Shown here: in pieces, positions 29,260-38,469 of the stretch | Numbering within the stretch: the stretch's first letter is position 1 | Layout: each line of letters opens with the position of its first letter | Assembly (NCBI GenBank): GCA_938091905.1 | Contig: CALKOM010000024.1 | Coordinates: forward strand, 1-56,995 | Source: an uncultured Verrucomicrobiales bacterium | Lineage (GTDB): Bacteria; Verrucomicrobiota; Verrucomicrobiia; Verrucomicrobiales; DEV007 | DNA: 56,995 bases | Direction of reading: 5' to 3' | The notes under the pieces: model-generated | What the model was told of the DNA's origin: nothing | The model's input: the letters and a program-made list of their open reading frames with translations, nothing else | The model's database searches: none | Translations under genes and position numbers: made by a program

Positions 29260-31203
29260 ATGAATACCTTGTTAAAAATACTTATGGCCATTGGCCTGAT
29301 CACCGCGACTACCATGGCTCAGCGCGATTTCGTAAGTGGGAATAATGAGCGCATCGAGCCTGAAGATCTAGACTTCGAGATGGGAGTGGCAGCCATTCCG
29401 GATAGAGCCCTGTTCGAGAAGTTGTCTTATCAAGGTCCCGATGCAGGACGAGACTCCTACTTGGCCGGAATAGAGTTTGTGAAGTTCATTTTAGCGACAC
29501 CCGAGACCACAGGAGGCAAGGTCTATTTCATGAACACCAAGAATTACAAAGGCCACCCGCCATTCATGGGTGAGGTCGGGTTGAGCCGAGGCCGCGGTCG
29601 ACCAAGTGGCGTGCGTGGAGCCATATGCTACATGCCACGCTTGAAGGCTCCGAACGGTGATTCTGGCCTCTACATCTTCGACTTTCAACCTCGCGACTCC
29701 TACACGTTCGAGGAAATCCAATCCTATCATGCTACCTTGGTTGCGAGGGCTCCGATGCTCAAAGGTAAACTCGCGTTTCATCCGTTAGAAGGAAATCTTG
29801 ATCAGTATGAGACGGATAAGACCAAGTACGAGGCGGCAAAGTTGCCAGTCTATTTGGACTCTGACAAGCGTACGAATATTGTCTACCTTCCTCTGAATCT
29901 GGGTGAGTCGTTTGGGCTTCTTCGTATCATGGATGAAGACACTCGTCCTTCTCCTCGCGATATTGTCATCTGCAAGACTTTGCCGAATCAAATGCCAAGG
30001 ATGGCTGGCGTGATTTCTGAGGTGCGCCAGACACCGCTCTCTCATGTGAATCTGCGCGCTATCCAAGACAAAGTCCCCAACGCGTATATCAATGGGGCTC
30101 TCGACAAGGAAGCTATCATGTCACTTGTTGGCAAACTGGTAAGTTATCAGGTCACGTCCCAGGGATACAAGTTACGTGAAGCTACCAAGGCCGAAGTCGA
30201 CAACCATTTCGAGGCCATCCGACCTGCCGAAGGCCAATCGCCCAAGCGTGATCTTTCCGTGGATAAGATCAGTCCGCTCAAAGACATCAAGTTCGATCAG
30301 TCGGGAAGTTTCGGTGTCAAGACGGCCAATTTGGCTGCCCTGAGCACCTTCAAGTTTCCTGAAGGCACTGTCCCGGACGGGTTTGGCATCCCATTCCATT
30401 TCTATGATGCTTTCATGAAGCACAATGACTTCTACGCCAGGGCAGACAAGTTGATCAATGATACCGAGTTAAAAGAGAAGCGTCGCGAATTGGAACGCGC
30501 CTTAAAGAAGTTCCGCAAAGCCATTGAAGGCGGCGACATGCCAGACGAATTGAATACAGCCCTAGCCAAGCTTCAAAAATCTTACCCAGCCAAGCAATCG
30601 ATTCGCTGTCGTTCTAGCACCAACAATGAAGACCTGCCTGGCTTTAGCGGTGCGGGTCTCTACGATTCCTTTACCCATAAGCCCGACGAAGGCCACCTCT
30701 CCAATACCGTCCAACAGGTGTTCGCTAGTCTATGGAATTTCCGCGCCTTCGAAGAGCGCGAATTTTACCGTATCGATCACAAGGCTGCTGCTATGGGGGT
30801 GCTCGTACATCCCAACTTCAAAGGCGAGAAGGCCAACGGCGTCGCCGTGACTGAAGACGTGCTCTACGAATCCCAAGGGTTCTACTATCTCAACACCCAG
30901 ATCGGTGAAGACCTGGTCACGAACCCCGACGAAGATTCTAGCCCGGAAGAACTTTTGTTAGGTTGGTACGAAAGAGATGGCCAAGAGATTGTTCGCGCTT
31001 CCAAGGAAGCATCGAAAGGAAAGTCGCTTCTGAGCGACGAGCACCTCACCCAATTACGGGACCACCTAGGGACGGTTCACAGCCAATTTGCCAAGCTCTA
31101 CGAGCGCGACCCTGATGACCTGAAGTTCGCCATGGAGATCGAGTTCAAGATCGACAAGGCCGACAAGCTCGTCATCAAACAGGCAAGACCCTGGGTGTTT
31201 TGA
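29260..31203 (+). CDS. Exported PEP/pyruvate-binding (PPDK_N) dikinase-like protein with phospho-His domain N-terminal to the ATP-grasp domain
   Basis: Signal peptide MNTLLKILMAIGLITATTMA; His motif AGVISEVRQTPLSHVNLRA (H262); nucleotide-binding motifs GVKTANL, VPDGFGIPF, RSSTNNEDLPGFSGAGLYDS, VFASLWN, MEIEFK and IKQARP. Confidence 0.88.
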   Translation: MNTLLKILMAIGLITATTMAQRDFVSGNNERIEPEDLDFEMGVAAIPDRALFEKLSYQGPDAGRDSYLAGIEFVKFILATPETTGGKVYFMNTKNYKGHPPFMGEVGLSRGRGRPSGVRGAICYMPRLKAPNGDSGLYIFDFQPRDSYTFEEIQSYHATLVARAPMLKGKLAFHPLEGNLDQYETDKTKYEAAKLPVYLDSDKRTNIVYLPLNLGESFGLLRIMDEDTRPSPRDIVICKTLPNQMPRMAGVISEVRQTPLSHVNLRAIQDKVPNAYINGALDKEAIMSLVGKLVSYQVTSQGYKLREATKAEVDNHFEAIRPAEGQSPKRDLSVDKISPLKDIKFDQSGSFGVKTANLAALSTFKFPEGTVPDGFGIPFHFYDAFMKHNDFYARADKLINDTELKEKRRELERALKKFRKAIEGGDMPDELNTALAKLQKSYPAKQSIRCRSSTNNEDLPGFSGAGLYDSFTHKPDEGHLSNTVQQVFASLWNFRAFEEREFYRIDHKAAAMGVLVHPNFKGEKANGVAVTEDVLYESQGFYYLNTQIGEDLVTNPDEDSSPEELLLGWYERDGQEIVRASKEASKGKSLLSDEHLTQLRDHLGTVHSQFAKLYERDPDDLKFAMEIEFKIDKADKLVIKQARPWVF

Positions 31204-31218
31204 AGAGCTGCGTTCCTG

Positions 31219-31989
31219 CTAATCTGTCTCTTTGATTCGGAGGTTTCGAAACAGGACCTTACCCGCTTTTGCCTTGTGGACCTGAAGTCCGAAGAAGCCC
31301 TTGCCGTAGGTGCCGTCGTCTACCCAATGGGCTGCAGGGATGCCGTTTACCCAGGTCTTCACAACATTCCCCTGGGCTTGGATTGTCAGGCGGTTCCATC
31401 CCGTGGGATCGATCGCTCTCCGAATTGCTTGATGTTCTTTCAGCCAAAGCGGGTAGAAATAGCCGCCGCATGATTGTCCGTATACACCGCCAGACCATCC
31501 GCGATCTCCTTCAATTCCTTCCATCTCGGCCTGTGGCCCATACACCTCGATGCGATCTTTCTTCTCTCTCGCTGCCGCGCGGAACATCACGCCCGAGTTG
31601 AGATTGACCTCCCATTTCAGTTCGCAGGTGAAGACGAAATCGGTGAAGTCCGCCTTGTCCGTGCAGAGATAGGTGCTTGGTGTGCCTGGAACGCAGGTCC
31701 CGACGATCACGCCATCCTTTACCTCGAAAGTCGCATTGCCACCTTTCGGCGTCCATCCTGAAAGATCTTTACCGTTGAAGAGTTCCACGGAGCCATCGCC
31801 TAGGCTCGGTTCCTTGTCTTCATTCAACAACATCTCTTCCGCTTTCGGGGCGTTCTTCTGCTTCTTGTACTTCTCATGCCAATCGCCCTGGCTGGGGTCG
31901 AGTGTTCCGGCCCCAGCAGTCATGCCTCCTAGCAGGGATGATACACCTGCTAGGGCTATGATTAGCTTTGCGAGTTGATGGATTCTCAT
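31219..31989 (-). CDS. DUF1080 (3-keto-disaccharide hydrolase-like) protein, secreted
   Basis: LFNGKDLSGW, NSGVMFR, GWNRLTI, GFFGLQVH, VLFRNLRIKE. Confidence 0.92.
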   Translation of the reverse strand: MRIHQLAKLIIALAGVSSLLGGMTAGAGTLDPSQGDWHEKYKKQKNAPKAEEMLLNEDKEPSLGDGSVELFNGKDLSGWTPKGGNATFEVKDGVIVGTCVPGTPSTYLCTDKADFTDFVFTCELKWEVNLNSGVMFRAAAREKKDRIEVYGPQAEMEGIEGDRGWSGGVYGQSCGGYFYPLWLKEHQAIRRAIDPTGWNRLTIQAQGNVVKTWVNGIPAAHWVDDGTYGKGFFGLQVHKAKAGKVLFRNLRIKETD

Positions 31990-32021
31990 CGGTCAATCAG
32001 GCGATTTCGTGCAATGTGAAT

Positions 32022-32900
32022 TTACGCTTCGTTCTTGAGCGTCTCGAACAACTCCAGGCCCTCAGCAGGCTTGAGACCGTCGTGAACCACGCCGCTCACG
32101 GCTTTGATCATGGCGACTGGTGCTTCTGACTGAAATACATTGCGGCCCATATCGACCCCCGCAGCGCCGCATTGGATCGCATTGTAAGCCATTTCTAGGG
32201 CCTCGATCTCGGGGAGCTTTTTGCCACCGGCGATGACAACCGGCACAGGTGTTGCGGCGACGACGTTCTCAAAACCTTCCGTGTAGTAGGTTTTGACAAT
32301 GCTGGCACCGTTCTCGGCACCCACTCGGGAAGCGAGGCCAAAGTAACGGGCGTCGCGAGCCATGTCTTTGCCAACTGCGGTGACGCACATGACCGGGATA
32401 TCGTATTTGTTTCCGAGGTCTACCAATCGGCTGAAGTTGGCGATGGTTTTGGATTCGGTAGCCGCGTCGCCGATGGAGATCATGGCAGCAAGGGCGGAGG
32501 CGTTCATGCTGATCATTTCTTCTTCGCCGAGCAAGACGTTGTGATTCATTTCTGTTAGGATCGTCGTGCCAGTGTCAGCTCGTAGGCAGACAGGCTGCGT
32601 GTTCTCCGCTGGGATCATGGTGCGGATAGTCCCACGGCAACCCATGAGACAATCGGCATGCTCTGCAAGAGGCGCGATGTTCAAGTCGATGCGCTCAAGA
32701 CCAGATGTAGGACCCATGAGGAAACCGTGGTCGAAGGCCAGCATAACGGTGCGACCTGACTTGCGGTTAAAGATCCGTGACATGCGGTTCTTGAGGCCCC
32801 AGGGCATGCTGTTCATGCCTTTGAGATAGAACTTGCTCGTGTCTGCGGGTGAATTGAGGCCGAAGTTGTCGCCGTCTCTGATGTCATCTAGGTCTGCCAT
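32022..32900 (-). CDS. lsrF: LsrF-like class I aldolase/thiolase
   Basis: N-terminus MADLDDIRDG...WGLKNRMSRIFN.KSGRTVMLAFDHG and VKTYY, IAGGKKLPE, GVDMGRNVFQS closely resemble enterobacterial LsrF. Confidence 0.9.
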   Translation of the reverse strand: MADLDDIRDGDNFGLNSPADTSKFYLKGMNSMPWGLKNRMSRIFNRKSGRTVMLAFDHGFLMGPTSGLERIDLNIAPLAEHADCLMGCRGTIRTMIPAENTQPVCLRADTGTTILTEMNHNVLLGEEEMISMNASALAAMISIGDAATESKTIANFSRLVDLGNKYDIPVMCVTAVGKDMARDARYFGLASRVGAENGASIVKTYYTEGFENVVAATPVPVVIAGGKKLPEIEALEMAYNAIQCGAAGVDMGRNVFQSEAPVAMIKAVSGVVHDGLKPAEGLELFETLKNEA

Positions 32901-33624
32901 GTGTCTTGATTAGTTTATGGTTAGTATTAAATCGTTGGTTAGGAATCTAAAGCGCGGGCAATCAGTTTCATGCCTGGCCAAAGACGAGGGATGACTCCGC
33001 TTCGGTGACTCGCTCAGTCACCTGACGTAGCATCGCTTTGGCCTGGGACTGATAGAATTTGGTGAATGGCATTGTCATGAATTGGTGACTCGCGACCGTT
33101 CATAAAACATCTTTTCAACCTTAGGAGTTTGGTGATGTCTTTGAACGCCTGATCTGTATTGGATCAAGCGAGGCTTGTCCTCGTATGCTTACGTGACAAT
33201 CACTCATTTCAATCTAATTTTAGCCTTTCTAGACGGAAAACATGCCTACTTGCGAGATTATCAGTTCTGGGCCTGATCGATCAGCCCACAAGGTGTTCGG
33301 CGAGCGCGTGGTCATGCTGCCAGAGGTCACGTAGGAAGCCTCACTACGAGGTTCTCTGAGCTGTAGTTATGGGGGGTGCAGCGACCCAAGGATCCATGCT
33401 GGAGGTTCGGAGGCTCCACCTTCATACGTCTGCTAACATATTCTTCTAAGCCTCCGCGAGACCCGGCTCCTGGCCCACCCGTACCTTTAATTTCGTGACA
33501 CTTGTACCAGACTACGTTCGATACGGATGCGCATGATGTCTTGCCCATTTATCAGCTGCCGGTGTTTTCGAACCACACAACAAATGAAAGATGGCCATCA
33601 CGCTAACGAAGAAGTTGGCCAGGC

Positions 33625-33795
33625 TTAGATGATTCATCCTATTGTGAGATGATTTCTAGCGAGGCGAGCAGGGCGGAATTGGAAAGAGCTGCCAAGGAGA
33701 TTGGATTTCGTTCGCTGTTCCAAGAAGCGCTGGAGCAATGTGCTTTAGGTCATGTTGGCTATTCTGTTGCCATGGACTTGAACAAGGCTTGGTAG
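33625..33795 (+). pseudogene. Possible remnant 3' end of a PilB/GspE-type assembly ATPase
   Basis: Manual translation LDDSSYCEMISSEASRAELERAAKEIGFRSLFQEALEQCALGHVGYSVAMDLNKAW* resembles the PilB/GspE C-terminal pattern (I...AS..EL...A...G..L....LE....G). It converges on two pilin genes. Confidence 0.45.
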
Positions 33796-33846
33796 AGCTC
33801 TGTCCTTGGCTTTGGAGGGCTGTCAAAGTTCTGAATACTTCCAAGC

Positions 33847-34491
33847 CTATTTTTTCTTCTTCTTGGAATTGCCATTCCCGTTCCCGTTGGAATTGCCGTT
33901 TCCTCCCTCATCATCAATATCACCGGAAGGATCGTCTTCACCATTGGGTTCACCGTGCCCTTGGCCTGGATTACTTACATCAACACCGTCGTCATTGTTT
34001 CCGTGCCCGTTGTTGCCGTTGGGATTGCAGTTGCTGTTAAGGCAATTTCCGTTGTTGCATGTGATATCGTCACCTGGGTCATCTGGAGTTGTATCTTCAT
34101 CTGCTGTCAATTCAGCTAGGCTGACAGCATTTCTAACATCGTCTTAAAAGTCGAAGGTGTCGTATGGAGGGGCCGCAGCATATTCTTCTAGTGAAGCCTC
34201 CGCGCTTTCGATATTCAGGAACGGCTTAATGAGATCAAAACGAGCTCCATCATCATCCTGTGCGTTGTCCCACTTTGACTTCGCGTAGGGGGCAGAGCGA
34301 TAGAAGAGGACCTGAGCAGCCGTCAGTGCATCCGCTTTGGAACGTGCTTCTGCATAGGCGTTGGCAGAGGTGAAGTTGCGAACCACTGGGTAGGACAATG
34401 CCGAGATCACCCCGATGATTGAGACGACGAGGAGTGACTCAACCATGGAGTATCCATGGTTTCTGGGCCTCTCAAACTTAAGGAATTTCAT
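33847..34491 (-). pseudogene. Type IV pilin-like protein with Asn/Gly/Asp-rich tail, split by an in-frame TAA
   Basis: Class III leader MKFLKFERPRNHG|YSMVESLLVVSIIGVISAL. TAA at 34146-34144 is followed in the same frame by DDVRNAVSLAELTADED...NNGHGNNDDGVDVSNPGQG...KKKK*. It could alternatively be an intact 115-aa pilin ending at 34144. Confidence 0.7.
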
Positions 34492-34964
34492 AGCGAATTG
34501 CTGATTTGTAGATTGCCAACTGAACAGGTGAACTGCCATCGATCTTGACACTGAAGTCATCGATTAAGTGCTGAGCTACAAGGTAGTCGTAGGGATCCTG
34601 GCTTGGAGGAATATCCATCTCGAAACCAATTTCGTGAGGGTCCATGGTGCCATCCCCATCGGTATCGATAAATAGCCCTGCGCCCTGGGTTAACTTTTCA
34701 CACACATCCGAGACGGTGGCGGGGGCATTCTGGCTTCCAAGGCTATCGATATTCGTGGCGACACTTCCAGCGCGGTGCGCTTCTCGGAGTATGGAGTTCA
34801 TGTGGTGCAGGTTTGACTTCAGCACACTGAGCTTTGAGGACTCCGTGACATTGCTGACCAAAGGAACTGCGATCGCCCCGATGATGCTTATTAAAACGAG
34901 AGAGAGAATGGCCTCAAAACTGAGAGAAGGCCTTTCGTGATCTGAGGAGAATTGCGACGGGCAT
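34478..34964 (-). pseudogene. Type IV pilin-like protein with +1 frameshift in the N-methylation motif
   Basis: ATG 34964 reads MPVAILLRSRKAFSQF* (CAG TTT TGA). Removing one T at 34919-34916 gives RSRKA|FSQFEAILSLVLISIIGAIAVPLVSNV, joining ORF 34478..34861, which has no upstream start of its own. Confidence 0.75.
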
Positions 34965-35399
34965 TCATGGCGACGATAGGATGTTCCATATTGCTGTTGT
35001 AATTTTCATAAAAAATTGTGAAGTGTCCCGACCTCTAGAAGAAGGGCTGGTCCTTCCCGATATCTAGAAATCAATAGCTAACCTACCTTAGAGGATGGGA
35101 TCTGGGAGTACTGAGAATCGGTCCGAGGAGGGATTTGCTCTGTCCCTGCATTTGGTTTCCGTGTTGTCTCCGTTGGATTCTAGGAGCCGATGTTGACCTT
35201 CGATGAACAGGTAGACGTTTCGACATGCCGATTGGTTGAGTTGGCCCAGCATGTTGCTTGGTTTGGAGACAGCTACCGGCATGCGGATTTCAATCTGATT
35301 GTGCTGGCTGTACAGCGACGAGGGTGTAGGTCGGAAGGGATGCTCAAGGAAAGTAAGGATACACACCCGTGGCTAATACTCTAACTTTGCATTGATGTG

Positions 35400-36053
35400 A
35401 TGAAAGTCCTAGTTCTTGTCAGTGGTGGGATGGATTCGGCCGTTGCCCTTCATGAAGCGGAAGCCGAGCATGAGGTTGTTGCGGGACTGAGTTTTGACTA
35501 TGGGGCGAAGCACAACCATCGCGAGATTCCCTTCGCCAAGAAGCATTGTGACTCCTTTGGCATTCGGCATGAGGTGATTGACCTGAGATTTATGAATACG
35601 CATTTCGAGAGCGCGTTGTTGCGATCTGGCGAGGCGGTTCCCGATGGACACTATGAGGAATCGATCATGAAGCAGACGGTGGTTCCGTTTCGAAATGGGA
35701 TCATGTTATCGGTTGCGGCGGGACTTGCTGAAAGTCGAGGTGCGGAAGGGCTCGTTATCGCGGCGCATTCAGGGGACCATGCGATTTATCCCGATTGTCG
35801 TGAGAGCTTTATGAAAGCGATGGGAGATGCGATTCAGTTAGGTACTTACGCGGAGATGAACCTGCTCAGGCCATTCATCAATCTTCGCAAAGAGGACATT
35901 GCTGTGCGGGGGGAGGTGCTAGGTATCGACTTTTCTCAGACCTGGTCCTGCTACAAGGGTGGTGAGAAGCATTGTGGGTCGTGTGGCACTTGTGTCGAGC
36001 GGAAGGAGGCCTTTGCGCTAGCGGGAATGGCCGATCCCACGCAGTATGATTGA
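35400..36053 (+). CDS. queC: 7-cyano-7-deazaguanine synthase
   Basis: SGGMDS, VPFRN, YPDCR, TWSCY, HCGSCGTCVER. Confidence 0.97.
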   Translation: MKVLVLVSGGMDSAVALHEAEAEHEVVAGLSFDYGAKHNHREIPFAKKHCDSFGIRHEVIDLRFMNTHFESALLRSGEAVPDGHYEESIMKQTVVPFRNGIMLSVAAGLAESRGAEGLVIAAHSGDHAIYPDCRESFMKAMGDAIQLGTYAEMNLLRPFINLRKEDIAVRGEVLGIDFSQTWSCYKGGEKHCGSCGTCVERKEAFALAGMADPTQYD

Positions 36054-36055
36054 GC

Positions 36056-36751
36056 ATGCGTATTTCGGAGATCTTCTATTCGATTCAAGGTGAGGGGGAA
36101 CTCACTGGCGTGCCATCTGTATTTGTGCGGACGACAGGATGTAACCTGCGCTGTCGCTGGTGCGATACGAAGTATGCTTCATGGGATCCATCGGGGGAGG
36201 AAATGGCTTTATCGGAAATACTGGCCTACGTGAAGGCGCGGGCTGCCAATCATGTGGTGTTGACAGGCGGGGAGCCGATGGTGGCCAAAGGCGTTTCTGA
36301 GCTGGCTCAGGCGCTCAAGGATCAGAACCAGCATGTGACTATTGAGACAGCGGCGACTGTCTCGCCGGATGGTATTGTGTGTGATCTGGCATCGTTGAGT
36401 CCGAAGTTGAGTAACTCGACGCCAGGGAGTGGCGAGATTGAGTCAGGCTGGATTGAGCAACATGAGGCGAGGCGGCTACGCCTTGACGTGATCGATGCTT
36501 GGATGGCTCAGTACAATTATCAATTGAAGTTTGTCGTGGCGTCGCAAACAGATCTCAAGGAAATTGACGACTTGTTAGGTATGCTTAAGATCACGCCGGT
36601 GCCGCACAAAGTACTGCTCATGCCAGAGGGCGTAACGACGGAGTCACTGAAGGAGCGCGATGCGATGCTTGTAGAGCATTGCAAGCAACGTGGGTTTCGC
36701 TATTGCCGTCGATTGCATGTGGATCTCTTTGGCAATACGCCCGGGACCTAA
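36056..36751 (+). CDS. queE: 7-carboxy-7-deazaguanine synthase (radical SAM)
   Basis: EIFYSIQGEG, CNLRCRWCDT, LTGGEP, SPK, RLH. Adjacent to queC. Confidence 0.96.
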   Translation: MRISEIFYSIQGEGELTGVPSVFVRTTGCNLRCRWCDTKYASWDPSGEEMALSEILAYVKARAANHVVLTGGEPMVAKGVSELAQALKDQNQHVTIETAATVSPDGIVCDLASLSPKLSNSTPGSGEIESGWIEQHEARRLRLDVIDAWMAQYNYQLKFVVASQTDLKEIDDLLGMLKITPVPHKVLLMPEGVTTESLKERDAMLVEHCKQRGFRYCRRLHVDLFGNTPGT

Positions 36752-37230
36752 TCGTGTGTTGGTTGTTTCTCTTCTTGGGACAAGAGCAGGAAGCAAGCGA
36801 CTGCGAGACTGAACCACAGCACGCGTGAAGCAATGGCGAAGGTAAGGTCACTTGTAGCAGCGGGGCCTCCGAAGCAGCCACAGTCGACTTCCAATCCGCG
36901 AGCCCGGACAGAAGAGAGCGCCGCGATGAACATAGCCAACATTGTCGCTGCCGAGATGGTGCCGCCTAGGCCAGTCCAGGGGAGGAGCAGGGCAATGCCT
37001 GTGAGGCATTCAAGCCAGGGGAGTCCCATAGCGACCCAAGCATTCCATGGATCGTCCATTAGCTGGAGCGCTCTCACGTGAAATACGAATTGTTGCGGGT
37101 CGATCAATTTACCTTCGGCGCGAACAAATCCACCCTCGGCCCAGACCCAGCCGCCTATCGAGGCGGTGAGAAAGAGGTAGGCGAGGAAAAGGCGAACTCC
37201 CCAAAGAAAGACCGGTTTGGCTAGGCGCAT
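36748..37230 (-). CDS. MauE/DoxX family membrane protein
   Basis: LPWLE...G..LL and RGLEVDCGCFG motifs; four hydrophobic segments. Confidence 0.88.
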   Translation of the reverse strand: MRLAKPVFLWGVRLFLAYLFLTASIGGWVWAEGGFVRAEGKLIDPQQFVFHVRALQLMDDPWNAWVAMGLPWLECLTGIALLLPWTGLGGTISAATMLAMFIAALSSVRARGLEVDCGCFGGPAATSDLTFAIASRVLWFSLAVACFLLLSQEEKQPTHD

Positions 37231-37382
37231 GCGGCGTCAGTGTGCTTGGTTGACGGGACGATGCCAATAGTCGTTCATGAGTAGTGAACATTTGCATGAA
37301 CAATGGAGTCTGAGAAGGCGTCTCCTTTCCAGGATTTGCCCTTGCCTGACTGGGCGGTGGGCTCTTTAAAGGAGAAATAAGC

Positions 37383-38462
37383 ATGAGCAACCTGAGACAA
37401 ACCTTGATCTGCCTGGGTCTAAGCCAACTCCTGGTGAGTTGTGGCCTCTTTCGTGATGGTGACGACGTGTTTGAGAATCCGACGAACAACGCTGCTCGGG
37501 TCCAAGAGAATCGACGAACGGAGGTACCTCGCACACCTGCTAGCCTCCGGAACGGATTCGCCGACGGCATGGCTGCGACGGTAAACGGCAAAGTTGTGAC
37601 CCGTTCGGAGGTCCGGGGAACGGTGAGTCGTGAAGCGTTCTTACTTCAGCAGCAGGTGTTGAGTCCATCAGAGCGAAAGAAGCGCCTGAGCCAATTGGAG
37701 AAAGAGGGCTTGGACGCCCTCATCGATCGCAAGTTGATCCTGGCAGAGTATAACAAACGCGGCTATCCGGTCAGAGCTAAGGATGTGGATACCCAGATCA
37801 ATTACCGCGTGCGCGAACAATTTGGTGGGGATCGGAACAAATTCGTCGAAGCTCTACGACAGGCGGGTATTACGATGCGAAAGTTTCGTAGCGACCAAGA
37901 AGACACGATCAAGATCTTGCGGATGAAGCAGGCCATTGCCCAGGACAAGACGCGAACGCCTTCCACTCAAGAAGTCCAGAGCTACTATAACGAGAATATC
38001 AATGATTACCGTGACGAAGGTACGGTGAGTATGCGCACCCTGACGATTCCAAAGCAGGATCGTCGTGATCCAATGGCCTCTCCAAAGAGTCAGCGTCTGC
38101 TGGCTCAAGACATTCACCGTCAGCTCAAGAGAGGCTCAAACTTCGCGACACTAGCAAAGAAATACTCTCGTGATAGTGCTGCACGTGATGGTGGCAACCG
38201 AGGGATCATCGATAAACAGACGCTGCAGCCTCTTCTTACGATGAATGCTTATAATCTGAAGGCGGGGGAGACTAGTGAGATCATCGAGGACCAGCGGAAC
38301 TACTACATTCTGAAGGTGGACTCACGTCAGTATGGAAAAGCTCAGCCTTTGAGTGAAGTGCAAGAGGGAATCGAGAAGACCCTGGTTGCTGGGCAGAAAG
38401 AGAAGGTCGTGGAAACATGGGTCGCAAGCCTGCGTGAGCGAGCCCTGATCAACACCTACTGA
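37383..38462 (+). CDS. SurA/PpiC-type peptidyl-prolyl isomerase (lipoprotein)
   Basis: Lipobox LLVSC, AATVNGKVVTRSEV (SurA_N), FATLAKKYSRDS...GGNRG (parvulin). Confidence 0.9.
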   Translation: MSNLRQTLICLGLSQLLVSCGLFRDGDDVFENPTNNAARVQENRRTEVPRTPASLRNGFADGMAATVNGKVVTRSEVRGTVSREAFLLQQQVLSPSERKKRLSQLEKEGLDALIDRKLILAEYNKRGYPVRAKDVDTQINYRVREQFGGDRNKFVEALRQAGITMRKFRSDQEDTIKILRMKQAIAQDKTRTPSTQEVQSYYNENINDYRDEGTVSMRTLTIPKQDRRDPMASPKSQRLLAQDIHRQLKRGSNFATLAKKYSRDSAARDGGNRGIIDKQTLQPLLTMNAYNLKAGETSEIIEDQRNYYILKVDSRQYGKAQPLSEVQEGIEKTLVAGQKEKVVETWVASLRERALINTY

Positions 38463-38469
38463 GTGCGGC

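Noticed and set aside
35190..35399. preQ1 riboswitch or small ORF upstream of queC
   Set aside because: No preQ1 stem-loop with an A-rich tail is recognisable, and the 64-aa ORF has no convincing motif. An Infernal/Rfam scan would settle it.
35400..36751. queC/queE as part of a Dpd DNA-modification or QatABCD-type defence island
   Set aside because: Both are canonical in length and motif, and no dpdA/tgt-like, TatD or ATPase neighbours are present. Housekeeping queuosine synthesis is more likely.
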